From contig NC_043004.1 of NCBI RefSeq assembly GCF_006345805.1, forward strand, positions 6,200,001-6,264,000: 64,000 bases of DNA. Direction: 5' to 3'. Made by a program: the position numbers and the translations under genes. Below, piece after piece: positions 38,529 to 51,640 of this stretch (positions are counted from its first letter, which is position 1; each line of letters starts with the position of its first letter). The notes below the pieces were generated by a model, which saw nothing but the letters and a program-made list of their open reading frames with translations, was not told the origin of the DNA and ran no database searches. The stretch is from Octopus sinensis (Eukaryota).

Positions 38529-39905
38529 ACTTTTATTATTGGCAGTGTCCCTTTTGTGAAACATAAGCAAAAAGGATTTGTATCCTGAGCATGAAAACTT
38601 CCAAGATGAAACTAAGGAAGTAATGGTATTTAGAAAATGGGTGTACACCTATAAGATAAATAGATAAACATAGCAACAGAATTTTAGTAAATCGTGATTA
38701 TCTGTTGATGTAAATGTTAGAAGATGTATCTTTTTATGAAGTACAGAATAGAATAAAAATGAATAACAGATTATAATTAAGATTCATAAAAAAACATTGT
38801 TTCATAAATGAATATTATTTTGTCAATTTTTACGAAATGAATTGAGTCAAAAGAAAAATTATGAGTTAGAATTTATGCAATAAAAAAAATGAACAAATAT
38901 AATACAATACAAACCTAAAATAAAGCAATATTAAAATGCCAATTTGGTGCAGAAGGTAGGAACAGTAAAATTCTTACTGCTTCTATCATGTACACAAGCT
39001 AATATAGGTTAGCACTAATGATCAAAATAATAAACAAGTCCTTTGATAGACAAGGTCAGTGTGTTTAAAGTAACAGCTGCCATCAGATTAGGTAGTCAGA
39101 TGTAGGTTTTATTGGCTTGAGCTGAATTAGTAGAGAGATCAACCAAATAAGAGAAATGTAATATTGATGTACGAACCTCATATCATTATAACTTGCAACA
39201 GAGTGAAAAAAAATTGTGTACTTAGACGATTTTTTTCCACTCTAGTTAGCTAATTAATAGACCATAACTAAGAAGCTAGTATAGTGTCAGGGCATGTATT
39301 TAATCACAGAGACTGTGTTGTATGTGACTTTTGGAAAACACTGAACTTTTTTTATTCCTTTATCCCAACTGAACAACAGACCAGATAAAGGGAAAGGGAG
39401 AGAACAGCTTCTAGTGGCTGACTAACTTCAAACTAAATATGGTTCAAAGTACAGAGATGAAAATCCTCTCACATGAGGACAAATGTGAGAAGTATTTAGC
39501 TACCAGCTATTAGACTACCATCTCTCTTCTCTCCCTCAATATATATATATATATATATATATATATCGTCTTCTATATCGTCTTCTATGAGTTATATCGT
39601 CTTCTATGAGTTATACGTTCTTGTCCATGTTGTATTTTTCTACATACCTTAATATATATATATATATATATATACAAATTGAGATAGGGGTTGTAAATGC
39701 AACCCTCCATGGGATAACATATATCCAATATACTGCTAGTGAAGTACCCAACAAAATTAATACATAAATGATAATGATTGCGATGCAATTAATTCATTTA
39801 CTGTATTATATGGGCTGGCAAAATGACCATTCCGAAATATATCAATATATATATATATATCTGAAGAAAAGATGATGATGATACAATAATAAATAGTACA
39901 CTTAC

Positions 39906-40109
39906 TGAAGTATTTTAAAGTTTCTTCGATTTGTTCAGTAGTTAATTCAAGATCGTCATCCAAAGGAATTAAAGGGGTTTGAATCCAGTCTTCGTTGTCA
40001 TACCCACGGAAATCTGTTATAGTATCAGCCCGAAGTTTGTATTTAGGAATTTGTTCTTCAAGAAGACTTAAGATCTCAACTTCAGGTAAATCTGCCCGGT
40101 TACACACGT
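39906..40109 (-). CDS. TRAK: TRAK/Milton exon, HAP1_N region (204 nt, phase 1/1)
   Basis: Translates (D)VCNRADLPEVEILSLLEEQIPKYKLRADTITDFRGYDNEDWIQTPLIPLDDDLELTTEQIEETLKYF. This is recognisably the TRAK1/Milton N-terminus (DLPEVEIISLLEEQLP.YKLRADT...LTTEQIEETLKYF). Acceptor ttttacag|, donor A|gtaagt. Confidence 0.97.
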
Positions 40110-40449
40110 CTGTAAAATAAGAGAAAAAATTTTAATAATAATAATAAGAATAAATGCCCTGATGCAGGACCAGGATGTGGTTTCAAGGCTTCTCATCTTA
40201 ACTGATTGGAAGTGTTATCATGTACATTGTTTTGACTTGGTATAAAAGATGGACTACAGCAAATATTCTGCTTAATACCACAGATCTGCTTGTCAGTGGT
40301 TTGACCATAACCAGTTGACCATGTCTCTTAGTGGCTGCCAATATGTGCATCTCTAACCACAAGCAGAAGTAGTGGGGGAGCATCATAGCCATGTGTTGAG
40401 AGGGATTCTTTGAGATTTCAATAATTCACCTCTGGAAACATTGGTGTTA

Positions 40450-40546
40450 TAATAAATAATAATAATAATAATTGTGTACAGTGCTCAGGTGCACTACAAC
40501 TCATCTAAAGTATATATAATCAGGTGTAGTTTCGGCGGATTTCGGA
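40450..40546 (-). mobile_element. Short CR1 3' tip, nearly identical to 20001-20090
   Basis: The reverse complement is tccgaaatccgccgaaactacacctgattatatata(ca)ctttagatgagttgtagtgcacctgagcactgtacacaattatt. It interrupts a GC-balanced block at 40155-40795. Confidence 0.9.
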
Positions 40547-43500
40547 TTTCAGCATTCTTAAATAACCCTTATTTGAGCGGGATGGGCTACTCGACCTAAA
40601 GAAAATTCTAACTGGGCCCCACCTGCAAGGTCATGTGCTGTTTCTCTTAATATGAGATCACCATGTTGCGCACATATAGTTGTGATGCATGTGGCTGGTG
40701 TACCCTTAATCAGATGGGTAGACATGATGGGTATATTGGGCTTCATATATTTGTATCCCAGTGTCACTTTGATGTCATACACTGCTCTCTCACACAATAA
40801 TAATAATAGTTATAATTATTATTATTATTATTATTATAATTATAAATTAGTTTATTAGATAAAAAAGCAAATAGGATGGGTTGCTTGTCAGTGAGACTTG
40901 TTGAATTTATATGAAATCTCAGTCAAAATATCAATACAAGATCTGATAGTCTAGAAATACTTTTGCAGAAAAAATTCCAAACTATAAACCCCACAAAAAA
41001 CTCTTTCTTTAAAAAAAAAAATTTGAGGCACAAGCATTGTTAAGAAGCTCACACTGCAACCATGTGTTCTTGATTTCACTGCACAGCACTTAGAACAAGC
41101 ATCTTCTACTATAGCCCTGGGCAAGTGAATTTGGCAGATGGAAACAGGTGGAAACTCATCATGGATCTATGTGTGTGTGGGGGGGAGGGCCCACTGGTGC
41201 AGGTGTAAAGTAAAAAGCACCCAGCACACACTGTAAAGCAGTTGGCATTAGGAAGGACATCCAGCCATAGAAACCATGTGAAATCAGACAGAGCTTTGCA
41301 CAGTCTTTTGTGCTTGCTAGCTCCTGTTAAACCATCCAGCCCATACCAGCATGGAAGACAGACATTAAATGATCATACGCGCGCGTGTGTGTGTGTCTAT
41401 CCTCATCTCCCCTATGACGACTGGTGTTGGTTTGTTTATGTCACTGTAATGATGGAATAAGAACCTGAATGATTGAATAAGTACCAAACTTAAAAAAAAA
41501 ACATAGTACTGAGGATGATTTGTCCAACTAAAACCCTTCAAGGTGATGCTCCAGTATGGCTAGAGTTCAATGGCTGAAATAAATAAAAGAGGTCTTGTCC
41601 AACAAATACCTGAGTTATTCATATTTCTTCCTCTAGAGCCATCTTCCTTTTGTATATTAGGTGTTTTAACACAGCAAATATTTTCTTAATAACAATTACA
41701 TAAATAATAAGGAAGCAAACTTCATTTTACCTTATTCTACTCAAAATCTACATTGGACGGTGGCAGATGTACAAGGATGGCATAAGCACATATTTCCTTT
41801 AAATTTACATAAAGTATGTGAGTCAACAAACGAGATATTCTACAGACTATCTTACCTGACTCCTAATTTCACTTGGGAAGAGATAAAGTATGCATGAAAA
41901 CAAACAAACAACACATCCTTTGAATAAATAAATATATGTATTTTATCGTTTACTTGTTTCAGTCATTAGACTGTGGCCATGCTGGGGCACTACTTCAAAG
42001 AATTTTACATGAATGAATCAGCCCTAGTATTTTTCTTTCAGTCTCTTTTTCTAAACCACTAAGTTACAGGGACATAAACATACCTCTCTCTCTCTCACAG
42101 ACACACACACATATATATTTACTCATATGCACAAGCTTCTTTCAGTTTCCTTCTACCAAATCCACTCACAAGCCTGAGGTTATAGTAGAAGACACTTGCC
42201 CAAGGTGCCATGTAATGGAACTGAGCCCAGAACCAAACTTCTTACCGCATAGCCACACTTGCACACACACACACATCTTAGTTTGTCCATCATTGTCCAC
42301 AATGACCAAGGACATCACATGAGAAAAGAAGACAGGGCACAGTGTCTCCAGCTGTGGCCAATCAGTCTGATGTGTGCTTGGAAGGCTCAGCCACAGGTCA
42401 GGTACTAATGGTCTGCTGGGACTGAAGGTGAGGAGTTGGCTCTGGATTTGTGCAGTTTGTGATTGTTGTTTTTTTTTTTGGTGTATTGTGCCCCCGAATT
42501 CTTGATCTATTTGTTGGAGGTGGCACCCCTATTGATATAGATTCTCTCTCACACACACACAAATTACAACTGGAAATGAAGTTGTCATAATATAAAAATT
42601 CATGAAATAAAAAAAAAGATTAAGTTAAAATTTTGTACAAAATGTGAACTTGTGAATCAAACCCAACTTCAATATAAAGTTTAATGGAATTGCTGAAAAT
42701 TTTTTTATAAATCTTGAGTAATAAATATACTTAGTGAGTTGTGTTTGTTTAGTTTGTGTTGTTCTCTCTGTCCTTCAAATTATCTTGATGTAACATACAT
42801 TAGCTGCCATCTGTTAGGTGCAGTCTGCAGATGTTCTATGTTTAGGAAAGAAACACTATTCTGCACAACACCCAAGAGAGAATGTAAAAATGTTTATGTA
42901 AGTATGGTGGTTTATGTAAGCTGGAGATGCTAAGGTGGGTATAGCAAGTTGGAATATATTTCAAAAGGCAGTTATGGAAAAGAAGATTGTAATAAATCAA
43001 ATCACTACAAGCCCCTATGATTGCTGCAACATTCATAACTCACACATATAAGGTAATAATCAGAACAAAAAAGAAAAAAACAACAAAAAAGAAAGAATAA
43101 TTGGGCAACAAACTGAAAACAAACAAGAAGAAAGTTTCACAAAACCTACCACCAGTCATTATTGTAAAGACAGGAAGCAGCAAAGCAGTGAGGAATCTGT
43201 CATAAAAAATAAACTAATCTAGGTGATACTTGGGGGTTAGGATCATAAACTTCCAGCAACATTTGTAGAATGATGGAAATATCTATTTAGAGTTAGGTAG
43301 TAGTTTGTGTGTGCATATATATATATTCTCACCAACCCACACAGCAGTTTACATTCAAGGGGAGGTAATTTATCTGAAATTATTTTGGATAACTTTAGTG
43401 ATTTTATTTTTACTCCAAAGGGTGGTGGTGGTCGTGGGGGGGGGAGTGAAATATAGTACAATGTATTCATAACCTTGTGTGTGTGTGTGTGTGTGTAAAA

Positions 43501-44483
43501 TATAATTCGTACTGAAGAATTAGTTACATCCAGCTCAAGTGGTTTGCATTTGGAAGGGCATCCAGCTGTAAAAACCATGCCAAAACTGACCCCGCCTGTG
43601 CTGGCACCATGTAGAAAGCACTCAGCCCACTCTATGCGTGGTCCAACAAAAACAAGTTGTATTAAATAACGGGCTAAAATATAACCTACATCTTTGAGAA
43701 ACGTAGCAATTAAAAGCCAAATTTATGCTAAAAAAAACCCCCAAAAAACAGTCCATAGAACAAGAGATGGAATTATCATCTTGAATTTTGTAAAATGATA
43801 CAGTTGTCTTTTGTGGCCCTAAAAGAGATTGTATATTTTGCATAAAAGGATTGTTTATATCTATAGGTAGGTGCATCAGCTGTACACAGAAACGTCTGAA
43901 ACTACATTCAAAAGAAGGCTATTCAATAGATTAGTAACAATTCACTCATCAGCAGGCTGCAACCCTTTGCTTTCAGATACTCTGTTCCCTTCATCTGCCT
44001 CTTCAATACCCTCAGCTCTAAAGAGCAAGCTAGATGTATACCATTTACACTCCTGCTCTCCCTCTCCATTTAGACTCACTGCTTCACCTTCAAGAGCAAT
44101 ACTAACCATCTCTCCAATTCTTCTTCTTTTGGGATTCTAACCCTCTAGAATTCCATCCCTGCCCATGCTTTCCCTGCAAGCAGTGATTCTACAAATTATC
44201 AAAGAGAATATCGTCTCCCTCAACCTACAACTCACCTTCTGTTTAACTTTACTACTACTACTACTACTACTACTACTAATACTAATAATAATAATAATAA
44301 TAATAATAAACAAAAAAAAATTCAGACAAATATATAACCAAAACATCAGGACTTATAAGTGTATATAACACATCCTTCGTATAGCATTTTCAAACAGTGA
44401 AAAATAAGAGCACCATGACAAACCATGGCACATACTCAAGGCACAGAGAGCTGTGAAAGCATGTGATAAAAAGAAGACTACTG

Positions 44484-44707
44484 AATAATAATAATCCTTT
44501 CTGATAAAGGCACAAGGCCTGAACTTTGGGGGGAGAGGGGACTAGTCTATTACACTGAACCCAGTGTTTCACTGGTATTTAATTTATTGACCCTGAAAGG
44601 ATGAAAGGCAAAGTCAACTTCAGTGGAATTTGAACTCAGAATGTAAAGATGGACGAAATGTCACTAAGCATTTTACCTGGCATGCTAATAATTCTGCCAG
44701 CTCGCCA
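44484..44707 (-). mobile_element. Nin-domain SINE, followed by (AAT)n at 44709-44766
   Basis: Homologous to 11852-12056 and 49410-49632. Confidence 0.85.
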
Positions 44708-46187
44708 CAATAATAATAATGATAATAATAATAATAATAACAATAATAATAATAATAATAATAATACTGATGGCTCTAAATTTTGGAACAATGTCAACAG
44801 TCTTTTATGGAAGGAGGAAGTCAATTATATTGACCCCAGCACTTGACAAATACTTATTTTATCAACCCTGAAAAAATGAAAGTCAAAGTCAAATCTAAAG
44901 ACAAATGAAATGCCATGAAGTGCTAGAAATTGTGCCAGCTCACCACCTTGATGGTAATATTAACAGCAACAACAATTTGTTATTAGCAACGAATGATTAA
45001 TAATAGCACAGTAGCATGATATATGAGGGAGATTTAAAGAAATGTAAAAGAAACTGAGACAGTGTGTTGTTTGCAAATGATGTCAAGAAAGGGAGGCAGG
45101 ATGGAAAGAAACAGCTGAAAGTTTTACTGTGTTGTTAGGGTGCAGTCAGCAACTTAAGAATAAATAAATAATATGAAAAAGAAAACTTTTGGGGTAATGG
45201 TAGGGGACAAAAGAGAGATCTGATAAAAAAAGTATCTTCTTGCTGACATTCTTCAATTGGTGAGATAATGCTCAACTGAACTGGGTCAAATATGTCGGTG
45301 GCTCACGGTGCTAAGCAGCAGATATTTATGCAACATTCTAGGATAGGGGAATTTTGAACCCTACCAAAAATTATTCCAGGGTCAAAATTTGACTCTGCAA
45401 AGAAACCTGCAGTTATATTATTTGAATGTCAAATTTCTAACACAAGAATGGTTAACTGACAGAAGACCAATCAATTTTAGATTTGTTACACTAAGATTTA
45501 TCATTTGTTAATTTAGTCCAAGTTAACTCCCCTGATCCATTGTTTGAGTGAGATGATCGTATTTTAACCATGTTAAAACGAATGTCTATTATAATGTGTA
45601 TTATTTATTATTTTGTATTAAGATCAGAGTACAGTTTAGATTAGGTGTGTAGCTGAGTTTTGATATATCATTTCAATTCATGAGGTAATAATCAATGCAG
45701 TCTCTTGACCCAACAGAAACCACCTTAGAAAATGAAGGACTTATGGCTCTAGATAAACTGTCTGAAAGAAGATGAGAAGCTGGGATGATCATGGTTGGAA
45801 TATACTTGACGATAGTTCAACTCAATGAATAACAGCAATGACATATTCGTTATAATCTTATACTTAATACCTTAAGATCAATTTATAAGCAAATGATCTT
45901 GAAAGAACTGCAACACTAAATTATGCTTATTCCATTGTATTGTCATAAGTTATCTTTTGATAAATCTTTAATATACATCATGAGAATTTATTATGAAGGA
46001 TTATTTAAAAAAATTTCTTATCTTATGGGTCCAGGTATGGCCATGTGGTTAAGAAGCTCACTTTGCAACCATGTGGTGTGGGGTTCAATTCCACTCCCGT
46101 GGCACAAAGGGTAAGTGTTTTCTGCTATAACCTTGGGCTGACTAAAGCTTTGTGACGGATTTCGTAAATGGATACCATGTGCAAGTC

Positions 46188-46229
<42 letters not shown>

Positions 46230-47100
46230 TGTCCCCACCCATGACCACCACTAGAAAACTGGTGTTGGTTTGTTTACATCTCTGTAACTTGGCGGTTCCG
46301 AAAAAGGGGTTCATAGAACATCAAGTACTAGGTGGTCAATTTGTTTGACTAAGCCTTTAAGGTAGTCCCCTAGCACAGTCGAAGTACAATAAGTGAAAAA
46401 AATGAAAGATAAAAGACCTTGTTTGCTTCAAAGGTTGCAAAGCACCTATGTTATCATGCTCACATCATTCAACATATTCACAGATGGGACAGCAAATTGG
46501 GATGATTCAAGGATTCTGCTCAACGCTGACTAGAGATTGGGTTTTGGAATGGTTTCTTGTTGCCTTCTCCATACTATATGAAAGAAGACTTGAACTTAAA
46601 ACTGCAAATAACACAATGCTTCTGCTGTTTAAACCTGTACAACATATCTATCAATAGGTAGGATGAACTGAAATAAGAGTTAAATGTATTGTCTATGGAC
46701 ACCATAGCAGCTTTGACAAAATGAAACAACTCAAACTTTCTGTCATGAGTAAGACACAGAACTGTACCTCCTAACACATTTCTAGGCTTGCCATTATTGA
46801 GAAAATAAATGTGTAGTGCAGTCTAAAAACCAAACACCATTAACCTTTTAGCATTTGAACTTGTCATATGCAACCAAAATATTCTACCTGTTCTATGTTC
46901 AGACAAACCAGATCTGGCATCTCATACCAACCTTACAATGTCATTCTAAAAATGGCAAAATTGACAACACAAATGTTAAATGCTAATTTCCATTACTCTT
47001 AGCAAAAAATGTGTTATTTATTTATCTCAAATACTGCAATGTTCCTAAACATAGGTATGCAATGAAATGTGTCTAAGTAATGTATTTTTATGATTATAAT

Positions 47101-47378
47101 CATCATCATTTAGCGTCCGCTTTCCATGCTAGCATGGGTTGGACGGTTCAACTGGGGTCTGGGAAGCCAGAAGGCTGCACCAGGCCCAGTCTGATCTGGC
47201 AATGTTTCTACGGCTGGATGCCCTTCCTAACGCCAACCACTCCATGAGTGTAGTGGGTGCTTTTTATGTGTCACCGGCACAGGTGCCAGACGGGGCTGGC
47301 GGACGACCACAGTTGAATGGTGCTTTTTACGTGCCACCGGCACGGGGGCCAGGCAAGGCTGGCAATGGCCACGATCGG
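47101..47378 (-). mobile_element. RTE 3' UTR, young copy (CpGs retained)
   Basis: Reverse complement of the 58850-59100 region. Confidence 0.88.
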
Positions 47379-47439
47379 GGCAACGGAGAATGACATAAAC
47401 ATTATAGCACAATGTACTCAGTAAAAGATTTACTTTATT

Positions 47440-47822
47440 CATGGCACTCCGTTGGTTACGACGACAAGAGTTCCAGCTGATCCGATCAACAGAACAGCCG
47501 GCTTGTGAAATTAATGTGCAAGTGGCTGAGCACTCCACAGATGCATGTACCTTTAACGCAGTTCTCCAGCAAATTCAGCATGACACAGTGTGTGACAAGG
47601 CTGGCCCTTTGAAATATAGGTACAACAGAAACAGGAAGAAAGAGTGAGAGAAAGTTGTGGTGAAAGAGTATAGCAGGGTTTGCCACCACCCCCTGCCAGA
47701 GCCTCATGGAGCTTTAGGTGATTTTACTCAATAAACACTTGCAACGCCTGGTCTGGGAATCAAAACTGTAGTCCTACAACCGCAAGTTCACTGCCCTAAC
47801 CACTAGGCCATTGTGCCTCCAC
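47440..47822 (-). mobile_element. Distinct tRNA-derived SINE family with 11-bp TSD
   Basis: A box TGGCCTAGTGG (47810-47800) and B-box-like GTTTTGATTCC (47766-47756). TTTACTTTATT at 47429-47439 and 47823-47833. Confidence 0.85.
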
Positions 47823-49409
47823 TTTACTTTATTATTTCTTAGCTGATTACATCAGACATCCAGATGCTGGGCCCTGGTTTGATTATTCCAGTGTTTTGAG
47901 GAGTGAAGAACCACCTCTTAGCCAGTATTGTTCTTAGGTCCAGCACTTATCATGGTCCCAGCAATAGGTCAATTAGCATATCAAGGAATTGCTTCTGAAA
48001 GAAAGTCACTGACAGACAGCCCAATGAACCCAAGGTAGACGAGACCTTACAGATCTTTAGCTGCTCATCTACAAGAAGATAACTCTAAACAAATGCCACA
48101 TCTTAATAATTACTGGGGCTTGTGGAACTTGTTGTACCAACCAATACAAGTTTGAAGGAGGAGAGAGTGGGACTGGCTCTGCACAAACCACACCCTTTAT
48201 AATAATATTCATTGTTCAAATTGTTCAACAAACCAAGACATCAGCACCAACACACTTTCTTCATAAGTCCAGTGGTGATAGGGAAATAGGCAACGGGGAC
48301 AGGTTGAGGATGCTACTGGAAGTCTTCAGCTTTGAAACCTGCACGCAGGTAACCATAGGATGATGGTCGCCTTCCACAGTCCTACACTATGCAGCTTTGT
48401 CTTGCTAAACCATCATTCATCAGAGCAATGAGGGAGTCCACCAGATCAAGTCACAGGTAAAGCTGTGGTTGAGAAGCCATTATATGGCACATTGGGTAAG
48501 TGTCTTCTACTATATCCTAAGGCATACCAAAGTATTGTGAGTAGATTTGGTAGATGGAAGTGGAAAGAAACTTGTGTGTGTGTAAGTGTATGTGTGTACA
48601 GGTAGAGAGAGAGAGAGAGAGGTAGGGAGAGCCACCAGAAACAGCTGTAATTCACTAATACCTGGACATCCTTGTTACTTATTTGCTTCTATTCACCTTA
48701 CTTTGAGCTGTGTGGATAATACCGGACTGACTTGGTGCCTCAACTTAAATACCTAATTCAACTGAATCTTAATATATATATATATATATATATAATGTAT
48801 ATAGGTATTTGTGTGTACCCCTATTTAGACATCATGTGATGGTGGTAAATGAGCATCATCATCATACAAGTGAGGCTGTCCATTTCCAGTTTTCCAGTGA
48901 AAAATATATTTGACCATAGTAAGATGAGATGGCTACAAGAAAGGCATCTGGCTGTAGAAAATCTGCCTCAGCAAATTCTGTCTCACCCATGCCAGCATGA
49001 AAAATTGGACAACAAATGATAACAAGCATAGTTAATAGGTCACTTGTTAATCTATTATAAGTTAACTCCCTTGACTCGATGCTCACCTGACAAGTCTTGC
49101 TGACACACCTGCATGTTACAAGGCTGTGATGAATATTTCCTGTAAGTTGTGATCAAAAATTCCATACTTCCCCAAACTTACCAACTCTACTCCCGACACA
49201 CATCCCACTCCTTACAATCTTTCCATTCGAGTCTTTTTAGGGTTCACTTTGTCTTTTTGTGCATTACACGTACTTTTAGCCTTCATTGCTGTCTTTTCTT
49301 ACTTGAATTATTACTGCTTCCTGTCCCCTCTTTTACCCTCTTCATCATCATCGTTTAAGCATTTCGCCCGGCATGCTAACAATTCTGCCAGCTCGTCGCC
49401 TTTATTATT

Positions 49410-49632
49410 GGTGAGCTAACAGAATTATTAGCAAGCCAGACAAAATGTTTAGTAGCATTTCATCCATCTTACATCCTTAGATCAAATTCTACCAAGGTCA
49501 ACATTGCCTTTCATCCTTTCGGGGTTGATAAGTTAAGTACCAGTTATGCACTGGAGTCAATGTAATCGACTAGCCCCCACTCTCCAGAATTTCAGGCCTT
49601 GTGCCTATAGTAGAAAGGATTATTATTATTAT
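49410..49632 (+). mobile_element. Nin-domain SINE, head-to-head with a SINE head fragment (49357-49400)
   Basis: gcctttcatcctttcggggttgataagttaagtacc; (ATT)n tail. Confidence 0.85.
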
Positions 49633-50269
49633 AAGTAGCAAGGCATTTTCCTCTGATACTCTAACATATTAGCATCCAGATTACTCTGTGTTACATTTAC
49701 TCTGTCAAATATAACACTTATCTATTAACAACATTTTGAATAAATCATACATTATCTTGTAGCTTTGAGATTTCAACGATGTGATTGTTTAGTTATAGAA
49801 TGATATTGTAGGGTAAATGTGAGAGGCTGGACATGGCCAGTGTAAACACAGAATATCTCGGTTGGATATAGCCAGTCTGAATGCCAAAGGGCTCATGAAT
49901 GCCACTCATGAATCACCCTCACAGTAATATTATGGTACAACTCATCTACTTCTTCATTCAATATTTGCAGATCTTCAAGTAAATGTTTTATTGACAAATA
50001 TTCCATCCTCTATTATTTACTAAGGTCAGCTGTGTTCACTGTATTCAGGTGTCCATTGTGAACACCTGAATTTGAAAATCCAGGTGCTTGCTCTTCCTCC
50101 TCCTCTGCAAGCTACTGTCTTAATGACTTTAAAAATTTACATGCAAATAGCTAGGATTTATTTGTGAAATTTCACTAAGAAAACTATAGATTTCGCAGAC
50201 AGAGTGCTGCATTAAGAGACATTTGAATTGAACTGAAGAAGAATTTCAGTGAAAGGATTCCAAAGTTAC

Positions 50270-50490
50270 CTGTTATAACACTGGCGTCAGCTCGAGAATT
50301 CATCCAACACTTATCATGGTTGGTTTCATATAATTCAGGCTCAGATTCTTTGGTTCCCAGCTGCCCTTTATCATGTGATGCCAGCTTGACAGAGTTTGGT
50401 AAGCATTCTAAAATACCCACACAGTGGGCAGTAGAAATGTCATTAGTAAGGAGGTATGGTTGCTCTGGTCTCACCAGCGCCTCAAGGCAC
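50270..50490 (-). CDS. TRAK: TRAK/Milton upstream exon (221 nt; phase 2 in, phase 1 out)
   Basis: Acceptor (t)15-ctgcag|G and donor ACAG|gtaact. The frame is open for 73 codons (CLEALVRPEQ...WMNSRADASVIT). The terminal G plus AC of the next exon gives GAC, i.e. D of the conserved DVC motif. An internal ATG (50303) could be the start instead. Confidence 0.8.
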
Positions 50491-50935
50491 CTGCAGAAAA
50501 AAAAAAAAAAAATTGAAAGTTAATTTTATAAACGTAAACATTATTTGACATTTATTATAGTTAAAACATCAAATAGTGATTCCTCTGTTTTCTTCAAACT
50601 GAAAAATATTCCATGATAAAAGTTTACAAAAACAATACTCTGAAATAAACTTCAGAACTTTTAGCACATTTCAAGCCACAAAGATAATTTATTTCCCTTA
50701 TAGTAGAAGACATGATATTCATAGCTTTTGAGTTGAGTTCACCAATAAAAAGTAATGGAACATTAATCATTTATACACTGTCCTAATTCTGACAATGGAG
50801 AAAGAAGCAAATCTTATGATACCTGTACTGGGAAAGTAAACTGGGTTGTTGAAAATTGTATTTTTGTCAGGAACATTAATCACCAATTATTTACGACTCT
50901 TTGCATTGTCAAAAGGAAAATAAAGTTGCCTTTAA

Positions 50936-51155
50936 CCCTTAGCATTCAGATTCCTTTGTCAAATGTATTCTTTGTTTATTCCTGTTGTTTTGAATCAATC
51001 ATGTATTATTTTGGAACTTCAAGATTTCAATGGTGTGTTTGTATATTTTTTAGAATGATGCTGTAGGGTAGGTGTGAGAGGCTGGATGTGGTCAGTTTTA
51101 ACAGAAGACATGTAGAATATTTGGACCAGATATGGCTGGATTAAATGCTAAAGGG
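50936..51155. mobile_element. piggyBac-type MITE, about 220 bp (related copies near 49670-49890, 52725-52950, 46843-46985, 8600-8690)
   Basis: TTAA|ccctt-agcatt ... aatgctaaaggg|TTAC. Confidence 0.8.
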
Positions 51156-51224
51156 TTACAAATACACATTTTACTTATTGTAACTAATAGTAACAAAGAC
51201 ATCCTTTTATAAAGTACCAAGATA

Positions 51225-51640
51225 CACTTCAGGAATGGGATGTATCATCAGTGATGTTCCCGGGGTCTGAGGGGGTTTTGGGTCTTTCAACATCAAAAAC
51301 CACTTGCCCAATTGATCTAGTTGTGGTTGATCAAATCCTAGGTTGCATTCCAGTTGCAGCAAACCACTGGTTTGCCCTCTTTATCCAAAACCACCTTAGT
51401 GACCTTCGTGGCAGCTTACATGATGAAATTTACAGTCCTTTTCTTTACTGCACCAGTAACTTCATCAATCAGGGCTTCGCAGAATGAATGCTCCACAAAA
51501 CCATAGCAGCCCACTTCAATTGCCTCACAACGTACCTACCAGCCCTTGTTTTTGCACTGCTCTCCTAGCTCCTGGTATTCAGCAGGCTTCCTCATGTGAG
51601 CCACCATATGTTCTTCCCAGGGCACAGTCAGTGCAAAATA
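51225..51640 (-). mobile_element. Hero-like (R2 superfamily, RLE endonuclease) non-LTR retrotransposon 3' remnant
   Basis: Frameshifted LTVPWEEHM..KPAEYQELGEQCKNKGW*VRCEAIEVGCYGF, then a 3' UTR with gatgttgaaagacccaaaacc..gaccccgggaacatcactgatgat. Confidence 0.72.

Noticed and set aside
39565-39615. atcgtcttctat(gagttat) short tandem duplication
   Set aside because: Ordinary slippage next to (TA)n.
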